Below are positions 10,450 through 20,625 of a DNA stretch of 64,000 nucleotides, one piece after another. Location: NCBI GenBank assembly GCA_032250835.1, contig JAVVEA010000004.1, positions 1-64,000 of the forward strand, written 5' to 3'. Position 1 is the first letter of the stretch. Each line of letters opens with the position of its first letter. The position numbers and the translations under genes are program-made. Source of the stretch: a bacterium (GTDB lineage: Bacteria; SAR324; XYD2-FULL-50-16). The notes beneath the pieces were generated by a model. That model was not told the DNA's origin, made no database searches, and saw nothing but the letters and a program-made list of their open reading frames with translations.

Positions 10450-11397
10450 TTGGCTTCGGATAAGATGGCGGCTATGGAATCTACGCCCCCGACCCCCGAA
10501 AATCCAACCTTAGACCTAGCCCAATTGGCCCGGTTGCTGCGCTACGTTGCGCGGGGCAGTGGATTGGTTTGGGTAGAAGACCCTGATCCGGGGCTGAGTG
10601 AGCAGGTCGAGGCCCATTGGGACTTTGAAGGCTGTTTTGAAGGCCCGCGCTCCGAGCCAGAGCCCCAGCGGAGTGCGATACCCCCGCGCCGACATGAAGC
10701 TCCGGCCCCGATGCGGGCTCGCCGCCCCGGTCCTAGTCCGGCCCCTCCGGTCGAGCCCAGTCCTGTTATAGACGAACCCGCTAAGCCCCCAAGCCCGGTG
10801 GTGCGGACCGAGAGCCCCAAGTTAGAGCCCATGGACTCCAAGAGTCTAGACAGCCTACATTTTCGGGTCGCCCACTGCGTTAAATGCGGCCTAAGCGCGA
10901 ACCGGCGCGCAGTGGTCTTTGGGCAGGGGAATCAAAAAGCTTTTTTGATGGTTCTCGGCGATCAGCCGAGCAAGGAAGACGACCCCAGGGGGTTGGCCTT
11001 TTGCGGTCCCGATGGGGACATGCTGGAAAAAATTCTCTTGGCCTTAGGCCTCAGTAAAGAATCAGCCTATTTAACCAACGCCGTCAAATGCCGCCCTGAC
11101 GGGGACCGCCCGGCACACGAAGACGAACGGGCCGCCTGCGCGTTTATTTTTGGCAAACAAATTGAATTGCTTGGGCCCAAGATGTTGTTGGCCTTAGGCG
11201 AAGCCGCTTTGCGTTCGCTGGTTCCGCAAGCACCCCCCTGGGTCGAGGCCCACGGAAAGGTCTTTCAGGTCGGCAATCTGGCGGTTGCCGCCATCGAACA
11301 TCCCCGGGATCTACTGGCCGATAAGGCTCTAGTCGGTCCTTTGTGGGAGGATCTTAGGCGGATACGCCAGGAATTTAGAAAATGGGTCAATCCTTAA
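10450..11397 (+). CDS. Uracil-DNA glycosylase family 4-like protein with Pro-rich N-terminal extension (start uncertain)
   Basis: Fe-S Cys pattern CVKC, VFGQG, YLTNAVKCRP and a C-terminal HP motif. Confidence 0.85.
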   Translation: MASDKMAAMESTPPTPENPTLDLAQLARLLRYVARGSGLVWVEDPDPGLSEQVEAHWDFEGCFEGPRSEPEPQRSAIPPRRHEAPAPMRARRPGPSPAPPVEPSPVIDEPAKPPSPVVRTESPKLEPMDSKSLDSLHFRVAHCVKCGLSANRRAVVFGQGNQKAFLMVLGDQPSKEDDPRGLAFCGPDGDMLEKILLALGLSKESAYLTNAVKCRPDGDRPAHEDERAACAFIFGKQIELLGPKMLLALGEAALRSLVPQAPPWVEAHGKVFQVGNLAVAAIEHPRDLLADKALVGPLWEDLRRIRQEFRKWVNP

Positions 11398-11600
11398 GAA
11401 TGCAGGTGGATTGAGCGGCGGTCTCCGGTGGGCTTATAAGCGCCACCGTCGACGAACTGCTCAAATTCTTCGTCCACGGCTGAATAGCGGCGGATCGTCC
11501 CTCCTGACTTGAGGAATTGTTGCACGGCGCTGTCGATTTGCTGAGAATCGGGGTTGAAGCCGCGGGTGCGGTCACTGCGCCGGGTTGTACGTTGAGCCAT
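11394..11600 (-). CDS. Small protein with SutA-like (FLxxGGxI) motif
   Basis: GGAG RBS before ATG 11600; 68 aa containing AVQQFLKSGGTIRRY. Confidence 0.6.
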   Translation of the reverse strand: MAQRTTRRSDRTRGFNPDSQQIDSAVQQFLKSGGTIRRYSAVDEEFEQFVDGGAYKPTGDRRSIHLHS

Positions 11601-11633
11601 GCTGCACTCCAAATTAATTTTGTGGTTACCGAA

Positions 11634-11723
11634 GATTCATGGGGGGCCTTGGTGGTTCCAAAGCCTTAACCCCCCATGAATCCGTTGCAGGGTACCGAAG
11701 TGGGTTGTGTCACAGGTATCCTG
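11634..11723. other. Two adjacent hairpins upstream of the small gene (putative structured RNA leader)
   Basis: Perfect 13-bp IR GATTCATGGGGGG/CCCCCCATGAATC, followed by GCAGGGTACC/GGTATCCTGC. Confidence 0.45.
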
Positions 11724-12061
11724 CCCCCTCCTGTTGCTTTAGCTGTGCCAAAGGGTTCAGTTTTTTCAGAATGTTTTATTATCTCTTTTATATCAAAAGC
11801 TTGAGCTAGCATCGGGTGAGGGCCTTAGTGCCCTTTTTCAGACGAAATCGACGTGAGGCCCCTTACGGTGCCCCCGGGCTTATTCGGTATAACCTTTCTG
11901 TTAGAGTATCTTACAGCCTCAAACCCCATTCGACGGAATGGGCGAATGTTGTCGAAAAGGGCCAGCAGAACGCCGAAAAGGGGGATGACTTCGGGGGCTT
12001 AAGCGGCTAGTCTGTAAGGCATCGCGAATGATTGGAAACCAGCTAAGGCACGTAACCCTTT

Positions 12062-15010
12062 ATGAATGCACCGAATATCCAGGCAGGCGACCGCATCTGC
12101 GGTTTTAAGGTAGAGCAGGTCACCGACCTCCCCAAGTTGAGCAACCGGATGATCCGGCTCCGCCACGAGGTCACCGGCGCTCAGATGATCCACCTGGAAA
12201 ACCAAGACGACAACAACCTCTTTGCCGTGGGCTTCCCCACCACCCCGATGGACTCGACCGGCGTGGCCCATATCTTAGAGCACACCGCCCTTTGCGGCTC
12301 CAAGCGTTACCCGGTGCGCGATCCCTTCTTCTCGATGATCAAGCGGTCTTTAAAGACCTTCATGAACGCCTTCACAGCGTCGGACTGGACCATGTATCCC
12401 TTCTCGACCCAGAACGCCAAGGACTTTGACAACCTTTTGGGCATCTATCTGGACGCTGCCTTTTTCCCGCTCTTGAGCCGACTGAACTTTTTGCAAGAAG
12501 GCCACCGGCTTGAGTTTGAAAACCCTGAGGACCCCGAGAGTCCTTTGGTTTATAAAGGCGTGGTTTATAACGAGATGCTCGGCGCGATGAGCCAGCAGAG
12601 CCAAATTATGTACCGTAATCTGGGCCGCGCCCTGTTCCCCACGCTGACTTATCAGCACAACAGCGGCGGCGATCCGGAGCGGATTTTAGACCTGACCCAT
12701 GACGATCTGGTGGCCTTCCACCAAAACCACTACCATCCTTCCAACGCCTATTTCTTCACCTACGGAAACCTGCCCTTGGCGGGGCATTTGGAGAAGATCG
12801 AAGCCCAGGTGCTTTCGAAGTTTGATCCCATCACCGTCCACACCGCCGTGGGCCGCGAGGTGCGCTACCGCCAGCCCGAACGTTTTGACTTTACCTATGC
12901 CTTAGATGCCGCCGATGACGACGGCAAGAAGTGTCAGGCCAGCTTGGCTTGGCTGACCTCAGATGTACGCGAATCGGTGGAGGTCTTGACCTTAGACCTA
13001 CTCAATCAGGTCTTACTGGGCCACGCCGGGGCCCCGCTGCGTAAGGCGCTGTTGGAGTCTAAATTGGGCTCGGCACTGTCCGACGGAACGGGCCTTGAGA
13101 GCGAAATCCGTGAATGTTGGTTTGCTGCGGGGTTGCAAGGGATTGCCGCCGACGACTTTGGCAAGGTCGAAGCCCTGGTGCTGCGGACCTTGTCTGAAGT
13201 GACCGCCAAGGGGATTGATCCCGAAGAGGTCGAATCGGCGCTGCACCAGATGGAAATGGACGCCCGCGAGATCACCGGGGGCCATTACCCCTATTCTATA
13301 AACCTGTTGTTCCGCTTCTTTGGCGCTTGGATTCATGGCGGCGACGCCGCCCAGGCGATTGACCTGGACGCCAGCTTAAAGGAACTGAAGCACCGCTTAG
13401 AGCAGCCGGGGTACCTCGAAGGCAAGATCAAGGAATACTTCCTTGAGAACCAACACCGGGTCTTGGTCACCCTGAGTCCCGATGTGACCTTAGAAAAACG
13501 CCGCGCCGAAGAACGCAAAGCCAAGCTGGAACAAATCCGCCAGTCCTTGAGTGCCGAACAGCGCCAGCAGATTTTAACCGAACAAAAGGCACTAGCGGAC
13601 CTACAGGAAGCCGAAGAGGACCTAAGCGTCTTGCCGACCCTAAAGATCGAAGACATCCCCGAGGGGGTAAGGTTCCAAGATCCGGTTTTAGAGGGGCTTG
13701 AAGGTCATGACGTGACCCTGTACCAGTCACCGACCAACGGAATCAGCTACCTGCAATGTTATTTTAAGCTAGAAGGCGTTACCGACGCAGAACGCCAGTA
13801 CCTCCCCCTCTTGGGCAGCCTACTGACCCAGACCGGTAAGGGAGACTTGAATTACGAGCAAATGTCGGCGCTGATCAACCGCTACACCGGCGGCTTCTCG
13901 GCGGGGCCTTCGCTGCGGCGCAAGCTTGAAGGCGAAGGCTTTGAGGAGTTTTTCGCCGTCGGCACCAAGGCGCTGCACCCGAACCTGCCCAAGGCCTTTG
14001 AGTTGTTGCTGAAGATCTTGAGCGAAGGGCACTTTAAGGAGGTCGAGCGCATCGCCACCTTGGTGAACCAGCGCAGCACCAACCTGACCAACTCGGTGAT
14101 CCAGTCGGGCCACCAATACGCCAGCGCCTTGGCTTCGCGCAACTTCAGCGCCGCCACCAAAATCGACAGCCTCTATGACGGCATCTCTCAGGTGCAGTTC
14201 ATGAAAGAGTTGGCCAAGGTGGAACCCCCGGTTTTGGTGGAACGCCTCAACCCCTTCTTGAGCCTGTTGGAGAAGTTATTTACCGCCAATCGCTTGACCG
14301 TCTTCGCCTTGGGTGAGGAAGAATCCTTAGAAACGCTTAAGGCCCAAATCAAGGCCCTTTACGCCGCCTTGCCCGCCGGTAGCGACCTGAGCGGCCCGCC
14401 GCCTGCCGCCCAAAGCAGTGACGCGGACCTACGCGAAGCCTGGGTGACCAGTACGCCGGTCAACTATGTAGCCAAGGCCTTTAAGGTGCCCCGTTACTTG
14501 AGCCAGGAAGCGCCCAAGTTGCTGGTGCTGGCCAACCTGCTGCGCTCCGAATTCCTGCACGGAGAAATCCGCGAAAAGGGCGGAGCCTACGGCGGCATGG
14601 CAGGCTACAATGCCAACGAGGGGATTTTTAACCTACTCAGCTACCGGGACCCCCAACTGAGCCGCACCTTGGGCGTCTACGAAAAGGTGCCCCAGTGGAT
14701 CGCCGCCGGAAAGTTCAAGCAACAGGCCGTTGACGAAGCTATCCTGACCGCCGTCAGTAGCCTAGACACCCCCAAATCGCCGCTAGGAAAAGCTTTGGGC
14801 GAATACGGCAACCTGCGCAAAGGCAAGACCCACGACCAACGCCTAGCCTTCCGCAAAGCCCTTTTGGCGACGACCCGCCAAGAACTAATCGACCTGGGCC
14901 AAAAATGGCTCACCCAAGGCGGCTCCATCGCCACCATCACCAGCAACGACCAACTAGAAAAAGAGGCCCAAGCGCTGTCAGCGATGGCGCTAAAGAAACA
15001 CAATATATAA
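12062..15010 (+). CDS. M16C (presequence protease/insulinase family) zinc metallopeptidase
   Basis: Inverted zinc motif HILEH in STGVAHILEHTALCGS, plus FMNAFT and IREKGGAYGG. Confidence 0.95.
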   Translation: MNAPNIQAGDRICGFKVEQVTDLPKLSNRMIRLRHEVTGAQMIHLENQDDNNLFAVGFPTTPMDSTGVAHILEHTALCGSKRYPVRDPFFSMIKRSLKTFMNAFTASDWTMYPFSTQNAKDFDNLLGIYLDAAFFPLLSRLNFLQEGHRLEFENPEDPESPLVYKGVVYNEMLGAMSQQSQIMYRNLGRALFPTLTYQHNSGGDPERILDLTHDDLVAFHQNHYHPSNAYFFTYGNLPLAGHLEKIEAQVLSKFDPITVHTAVGREVRYRQPERFDFTYALDAADDDGKKCQASLAWLTSDVRESVEVLTLDLLNQVLLGHAGAPLRKALLESKLGSALSDGTGLESEIRECWFAAGLQGIAADDFGKVEALVLRTLSEVTAKGIDPEEVESALHQMEMDAREITGGHYPYSINLLFRFFGAWIHGGDAAQAIDLDASLKELKHRLEQPGYLEGKIKEYFLENQHRVLVTLSPDVTLEKRRAEERKAKLEQIRQSLSAEQRQQILTEQKALADLQEAEEDLSVLPTLKIEDIPEGVRFQDPVLEGLEGHDVTLYQSPTNGISYLQCYFKLEGVTDAERQYLPLLGSLLTQTGKGDLNYEQMSALINRYTGGFSAGPSLRRKLEGEGFEEFFAVGTKALHPNLPKAFELLLKILSEGHFKEVERIATLVNQRSTNLTNSVIQSGHQYASALASRNFSAATKIDSLYDGISQVQFMKELAKVEPPVLVERLNPFLSLLEKLFTANRLTVFALGEEESLETLKAQIKALYAALPAGSDLSGPPPAAQSSDADLREAWVTSTPVNYVAKAFKVPRYLSQEAPKLLVLANLLRSEFLHGEIREKGGAYGGMAGYNANEGIFNLLSYRDPQLSRTLGVYEKVPQWIAAGKFKQQAVDEAILTAVSSLDTPKSPLGKALGEYGNLRKGKTHDQRLAFRKALLATTRQELIDLGQKWLTQGGSIATITSNDQLEKEAQALSAMALKKHNI

Positions 15011-15337
15011 TCCCGCCTACTTCCGGTCGGCCCCGCTGGGGAAGGCCGGAATCATATCCTTTCGTAGTTTTACCTAGGTCCTAGATTCTGCCGGAGCTTG
15101 TTGCCTGGAGTCGGGGAAATCTAGGCTTATATCCCACTTGATAAGCTTCTAGGGCTGCAGACCGCTTCTGGTCCCTGGCGGTTCCTGGGGCTAGGAAGTT
15201 TGGCTTATTGTTGCCTCAACTAACTAGAATCAAATGAATATTAAAAATACTTCGCCAACCGCTATAAATGGTACTAGGGCAAAAACACTATGTTTGTTAG
15301 AATTTGGGAGCAATTATTTCAACTAGAGGAGGTTTTG

Positions 15338-16858
15338 ATGAAAACTACTTGGATCGTGGCTCTGTTAGCCCTGGTAATGCTCGCTGGCTGTAAGTCGAGT
15401 GAAGAGGATGTGGTGACTAGCAGCACGGCACCGACCGTCAGCTCCACCTCGCCGGCCAGCGGGGCTGCGAGTATCTCGGTCGCCAGCACCTTGCAAGTGA
15501 CCTTCTCCGAGGCGATGAGTACCGCCTCGATCACCACCAACTCGGCGGCTAGTACCTGTAGCGGCGCTATCCAACTGTCTTCAGATTCCTTTTCGACTTG
15601 CGTGCCCTTAAGCGGCACCGTAGACGCCAGTTCGGACAGCAAAACCTTCACCGCCACCCCCTCGGCGGAGTTGACCGGTGCCACCTCCTACATTTTAAAA
15701 GTCACCACCAGCGCAAAGAGTAACGCGGGGGTTGCCCTGTCGGCAGACTACACCATGGCGAACGCCTTCGTGACCAATGCAGGCCCAGCCCTTTCGTCGA
15801 GCACACCGAGCGACGGGGCCACGGGGGTGAAAGACGCAACGCTGAACATGACCTTTGACAAGGAATTGGATTCGACCACGGTCACCGGAAACACGACCGA
15901 CACCACCTGCTCGGGCAGTTTTCAGGTCTCTACCGATAGCTTTGCAACCTGCATGAAATTTACCCAGGCCCCCAGCCTCTCTACCGACAAAAAGACTGTA
16001 AATCTTTACATAGATGCCAACAGTATCACCGCTACTAGTTTATCCATGAAAGCCACAACGGCTCTAAAGGCTACCAACGGAACGCCCCTGGCTTCGGACC
16101 TAACGGTCAGCTTTACGGTGGACGGGGGCTCGAGCACTACCACCACGACCACGACCACTTATAAAGCCCTGGCTTTTAATGGGATCGACAAATACGCCAA
16201 GAACAACACTGCGGTCGACATGGGGATTTCCAGCAGCTACAGCATGGCGGTTTGGATGAATGTCTCGGCCTATCCTGGTGCCACGTTCATGGGCACCATT
16301 ACAGCCCTATCGGCGGGCTTGGAGGCCAACTCGGCGATCTTACAGGTGGACAGTTCGGGAAAGTTAAATGTGGTCGTCTATGACAATTTTTCGGGCAGCA
16401 CCTACAAGCACTATATTTCTAGTGTTGTGCTAGGTACCGCTCGGCGGCATGTGGGCTTGACCTTCGACGGCACTACACTGCACGTTTACATAGACGGCAC
16501 CGAAGACACCTCGGTCGTAAAAACGCGCGATGATACGCTCACGGCCCATACGGTTGCCAATAAGACCCTCTATTTGGGGGCCGACTGGTATGGGGCGAGC
16601 TTCTTCAGCGGTAAGGTCCATTCAGTGGCTTTGTGGAATCAGGTCCTGTCGGCCAACGAGTTTGTGACGCTTTACGCATCCGGCCAACCGGACACGGACC
16701 TAAACGTCAACAGCGGCTCTTACGTTAACAGCACCAATCTACAGCATTGGTGGCTTTTGGGTTACAACGGCTCCCTCTCCTTAGACAAGGGGGTGGGTAC
16801 TGCGGTCTCCATCGACGGCGGGGCTAATATCACCACCTCCGATATTTACGACTTCTAA
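15338..16858 (+). CDS. Surface lipoprotein with two Ig-like (Big_5-type) domains and a C-terminal LamG/concanavalin-like domain
   Basis: GAGGAGG RBS and lipobox LAGC; two PTVSSTSP...VTFSEAM-type repeats, a poly-Thr linker, and HVGLTFDG...YIDG...GKVHSVALWN. Confidence 0.8.
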   Translation: MKTTWIVALLALVMLAGCKSSEEDVVTSSTAPTVSSTSPASGAASISVASTLQVTFSEAMSTASITTNSAASTCSGAIQLSSDSFSTCVPLSGTVDASSDSKTFTATPSAELTGATSYILKVTTSAKSNAGVALSADYTMANAFVTNAGPALSSSTPSDGATGVKDATLNMTFDKELDSTTVTGNTTDTTCSGSFQVSTDSFATCMKFTQAPSLSTDKKTVNLYIDANSITATSLSMKATTALKATNGTPLASDLTVSFTVDGGSSTTTTTTTTYKALAFNGIDKYAKNNTAVDMGISSSYSMAVWMNVSAYPGATFMGTITALSAGLEANSAILQVDSSGKLNVVVYDNFSGSTYKHYISSVVLGTARRHVGLTFDGTTLHVYIDGTEDTSVVKTRDDTLTAHTVANKTLYLGADWYGASFFSGKVHSVALWNQVLSANEFVTLYASGQPDTDLNVNSGSYVNSTNLQHWWLLGYNGSLSLDKGVGTAVSIDGGANITTSDIYDF

Positions 16859-16876
16859 ACACCCACTGAAAAGTCC

Positions 16877-16913
16877 AAAGGCCGAGACCCTCCGGGGCCT
16901 CGGCCTTTTTTTT
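16877..16913 (+). terminator. Intrinsic terminator
   Basis: AAAGGCCGAG...CTCGGCCTTT stem followed by a T-run immediately after the lipoprotein stop. Confidence 0.85.
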
Positions 16914-17134
16914 GCCCAGGCTATGGGGGCCCTGTTACCGCTCAAAGGTAACGGATCGGCTGCTAAGGGACCTGAAAAAAGCCTGTAGAGGTAAAGTTCC
17001 GCCGTGAACTGGCTTGGGGCCCAAGGGTCTGCTCGCCCTAACCCTGGCGCTCTTTCAACTAGTTGGAGTCGGAGCCTTGCGGGTCCCCCGCAACGGCCCA
17101 TTTCCTAAAAGTTCACCCCCAAAAAACCAGTTAC

Positions 17135-17839
17135 CTAAAAGTTCCAGCCCACGCCCAAACTGAAGGTGGACATAGGGAACATGTTTTCGCGCCAGCTGAC
17201 GTCGTCTTTGAGGTGGGCTAGGTCGGCCTCGCTGACGGTGCTGTCTGCGTTCGGGGTGGTGATGGTGATGGTTTTTTGGCGTTGGTCCACGGCGATTAGG
17301 CTGCCTGCGCTTAAGCTGAATCCACTTTCGCTCACCCAGACATAACCCGCGCCCAGAGCGGCTCCGCTGCCGGCCTCTCGGTCGATTTGAATATCCAAGT
17401 CGGTGGTATAGGCGTTATCGCCCAGGATACGCGCCCGTTTGTCATAGACGTAATGCTCGCTTTGGGCACCTAGACTCAGCCCGCCAGCCGAAAAGTAAAG
17501 CCCAAAGTCCCAGGGGGTCCAGCGCAGCTCCACCGTTTGGGTTGGCTCGCGGGTATAGGTGCTTTGGTCTAAGCCCTCTTGTTGGAACATCATCCGCTCA
17601 GAGCCCATCATCCAGCCCATGGCCGATTCCCCTTCGGCCCGGCCTCGCCCGCTGACGCCGAAATACCATTGGGGGTTAAAGTGGTAGCCCAAGGCCGCGC
17701 CTTGGTCATAAGCGGTGGCGTTGGGGCCCCAGTTGGAGGGCGTTAACCATTGTAGTTGGAGCGGGTTCTGTTCGCGCCCGTCGGCGAAGAGGGCCGGAAC
17801 CCAGGCTAGTATAAGGATCAACAACGTTAGTCTTTTCAT
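17135..17839 (-). CDS. Outer-membrane beta-barrel protein
   Basis: Signal peptide MKRLTLL, amphipathic strands, C-terminal LGVGWNF (BAM signal). Confidence 0.7.
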   Translation of the reverse strand: MKRLTLLILILAWVPALFADGREQNPLQLQWLTPSNWGPNATAYDQGAALGYHFNPQWYFGVSGRGRAEGESAMGWMMGSERMMFQQEGLDQSTYTREPTQTVELRWTPWDFGLYFSAGGLSLGAQSEHYVYDKRARILGDNAYTTDLDIQIDREAGSGAALGAGYVWVSESGFSLSAGSLIAVDQRQKTITITTPNADSTVSEADLAHLKDDVSWRENMFPMSTFSLGVGWNF

Positions 17840-18209
17840 TTTATTTGGTGGAAATCTCAGCATTAAAGCATGGTCGTTGAAAGAACTGGACTTATCGGTT
17901 CCAGCCTAAGCCGCCCTTGAAGCTCTGGTGGCCCCGTGTAGGAGCCAAGGTAGCCAGCTCAAGGGATCACCCTCTTTGAGGTGCCAAGCCAAAGACGACC
18001 CCGCCGCCAAGGACCGCTTAAGCTTCCATAGTTGGGGCGGCTCCTAGTCCAAGGCATCTTCGGGTTAACAAAGGTCCCGAAGGGGTTGTACCCAATATAA
18101 CGCTTATACGCCCTTTTCGCCAAATATCTTACCACGGGACTTTTTTTGGTCCTATGGATATTTGGCTCTAATTGGGTGCTTCCCTATAAGGGATAGGTAT
18201 TCTGGGTAA

Positions 18210-18231
18210 AATGGTTGTGCTATTAACTATT
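18210..18231. promoter_or_regulatory. Putative MarR operator
   Basis: Imperfect palindrome AATGGTTG-TGCTA-TTAACTATT about 50 bp upstream of the marR-type gene. Confidence 0.45.
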
Positions 18232-18281
18232 AACCCATAAACTAATACCAAGGCAATTTTAATCGTTCTGCCAGGAAGGAC

Positions 18282-18749
18282 ATGAAAAACCAGCAAAAAC
18301 ACCTACAACTTCAAGATCGAGTTGGGTTTCTCATCAGCAATACGTCTTGGGTGATTCGTAGCCACATGCTCAAGCATATCCATGCGCAGGGGGTTGATGT
18401 AACACCCGAGCAGTGGATTATTCTTAATTGGTTGTGGAACTATCAATCGGCTTACCAACAAGAATTGGCCGATGCCATCCAAAAAACCAAGGCCAACGTG
18501 ACCCGGCTGATTGATGGCTTGGTTAAACGCGGTTTTGTGGTCAGGGAACTCGAAATCGCGGACCGTAGAAAACACCGGTGTGTTTTGACTCCCGCAGGAA
18601 CTGAAATGATGGGTCGGTTAATGCCTATCGTGTTGGCGGAGTATCAAGAGGTCATCAAAGACCTTTCGGGCGACGAGATCCAAGCCTTAAAGAGCATTTT
18701 GGCTAAGATCACGCATCGGGTCCAACAGCTCTCTGGAGATAAATCTTAA
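18282..18749 (+). CDS. MarR family transcriptional regulator
   Basis: TPEQWIIL, QQELA, NVTRLIDGLVKRGFV and DRR..LT. Confidence 0.92.
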   Translation: MKNQQKHLQLQDRVGFLISNTSWVIRSHMLKHIHAQGVDVTPEQWIILNWLWNYQSAYQQELADAIQKTKANVTRLIDGLVKRGFVVRELEIADRRKHRCVLTPAGTEMMGRLMPIVLAEYQEVIKDLSGDEIQALKSILAKITHRVQQLSGDKS

Positions 18750-19183
18750 TGTTAATCAAGGAAAAGATGCCCATTCAAAAAAAGTTCACCTTCAAAAAAG
18801 CCTTTGCCGCATTTGTCATTATTTTTGGGTTGCTGACCCTAAAGTCCGGTGGATCGGTGCTGCTATTTGAAGAATCAGCCCTTGCCGCAGGCCATTACAT
18901 CCCCTTTATCGTCTGGCTTAATGTGCTGGCGGTGCCGTTTTATCTGGTGGCTGGCCTTGCTCTGTGGCGGAATAAGGGTTGTACCGCCAATTTGGGGTTG
19001 GTTCTTTTGACCGTCTACCTGTTGGCCGACGGCTACCTCTTCTTTCATATACTAAACGGTGGTCTCTTTGAAATGCGCACGGTGGGGGCCATGTTCCTGC
19101 GGACCCTTTTATGGGGCGGCCTTTATTGGGTTGCTAAGGCATCCGGCCAAGCTTGCGAAATTGCAGATCAACCTGCGGGGTAA
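18749..19183 (+). CDS. Four-TM membrane protein
   Basis: Four hydrophobic segments; TAATG coupling with the marR stop. Confidence 0.7.
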   Translation: MLIKEKMPIQKKFTFKKAFAAFVIIFGLLTLKSGGSVLLFEESALAAGHYIPFIVWLNVLAVPFYLVAGLALWRNKGCTANLGLVLLTVYLLADGYLFFHILNGGLFEMRTVGAMFLRTLLWGGLYWVAKASGQACEIADQPAG

Positions 19184-19346
19184 AACTCGAATCATGGGCT
19201 TGTCTTTTGCGGTGTTTAACCTGCTACCCGCAATGGAATTGAGAATGATTAAAACAGCGCACTCAAATCAAGTGAGAGAATGCCTGCTACCTCTAGCCCG
19301 GCATTCTTTTGCTGGAACATAGAGATGTTCATCAAATGAAGGCTTT

Positions 19347-20531
19347 ATGAAGCTATCGGCCACTACCTTAAGTGTTCTTTCGCCGTCGCACCCTCTTTGG
19401 CTGGTCGGGTTTCGGCCCTTTTTTACCCTCGTCTTCCTGTCCGGGGTTTTCTTGCCTTGGTATTGGGTGGCGGTCTTTTCGGGTTGGTTACACTGGGATT
19501 GGGGCCCATTTCCGCCAAACCGTTGGCACGGACACGAGATGTTTTACGGTTTTGGTTGGGCCTTGCTCGGTGGGTTTTTGCTCACGGCAAGCAAGAACTG
19601 GGTGAAGATTCGCGGATTGCACGGTGCCGGTTTGATCCTAGCCGTCCTTTTGTGGTTCGCCGACCGCGCTTTGATGTTGCTTGAGCCCGGCTACAGCCTT
19701 TGGGGGCGAGCGGTGGGGAGTCTGTTCCTGCTCTATGTGATCGGCTACCTCCTGTATAGCCTGATCCGGTTTCGGTCCAACGACTCCTTTGCCGACAATC
19801 CGCTTTTTTGGGTCGCGCTGCCCATGTTTTTGGTGGCCAAGCAGCTCATGTTGACCGAGGATTATTTTGATCAAGGGTTGGCCATGACCATCGGACTATT
19901 TCGAGTCGCTTTTGTGATCATGTTCGAGCGGACCATGACTCAATTCATGAAAAACGCCCTGAATTGCCCGCTGCCGCGTAGGCCGTGGCTGGATTACGGT
20001 ATCAAAATTTCCATGCTTTTAGCCGTAGGTTCGATCTTTTTGCCCGCCATGCCCGCCGCTATTTTACTGCTGTCCACTGCCAGTTTGTTGCTCTTTCGGT
20101 TCCTCATCTGGAAGCCCCAGGTGGGGATGCGGAATTTTGGGATCGGCGTGATGTATTTAGGCTATTTCGGCTTGGTCGTTCACCTCGGCTTGGAAATCGT
20201 GCACCGCCTAGAGCCTAGTTGGGGAGTGGGGTCTTATTCCCTGCATATGTTCACCTTTTTTTGTATGGGGCTGATCATTCCTGCGATGATGATCCGTATC
20301 AGCCAAGGCCATACGGGGCGAAAACCGGTCTTTCGGTTTTGGGATAAGGCAGCCCTGGGGCTAATGCTTGCCGGAGGTTTGTTCCGTGTTTTGTTGACGC
20401 AGATTTGGCCACAGGCCTATTTGACTTGGGTGGTGCTGGCCGGGGTTGGCTGGACGAGTTGCTTTGCCATATTAGGAATAGGCTACACCCCTTACTTATT
20501 TCAAAATCGTATCGACGGCAAAGAACATTGA
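19347..20531 (+). CDS. nnrS: NnrS family heme-copper membrane protein
   Basis: GFRPFF, WHGHEMFYGF, GFLLTA..NW, LH and RISQGHTGR. Confidence 0.92.
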   Translation: MKLSATTLSVLSPSHPLWLVGFRPFFTLVFLSGVFLPWYWVAVFSGWLHWDWGPFPPNRWHGHEMFYGFGWALLGGFLLTASKNWVKIRGLHGAGLILAVLLWFADRALMLLEPGYSLWGRAVGSLFLLYVIGYLLYSLIRFRSNDSFADNPLFWVALPMFLVAKQLMLTEDYFDQGLAMTIGLFRVAFVIMFERTMTQFMKNALNCPLPRRPWLDYGIKISMLLAVGSIFLPAMPAAILLLSTASLLLFRFLIWKPQVGMRNFGIGVMYLGYFGLVVHLGLEIVHRLEPSWGVGSYSLHMFTFFCMGLIIPAMMIRISQGHTGRKPVFRFWDKAALGLMLAGGLFRVLLTQIWPQAYLTWVVLAGVGWTSCFAILGIGYTPYLFQNRIDGKEH

Positions 20532-20625
20532 GCAGGCCTCTTCGCGTATCGATTCTGCTGCTGGCCTAGGTTTACGCTGGGGCGAGGCGGGGCCGAGGAA
20601 ACAGCAAATCGCTCGCGGGTCCACT

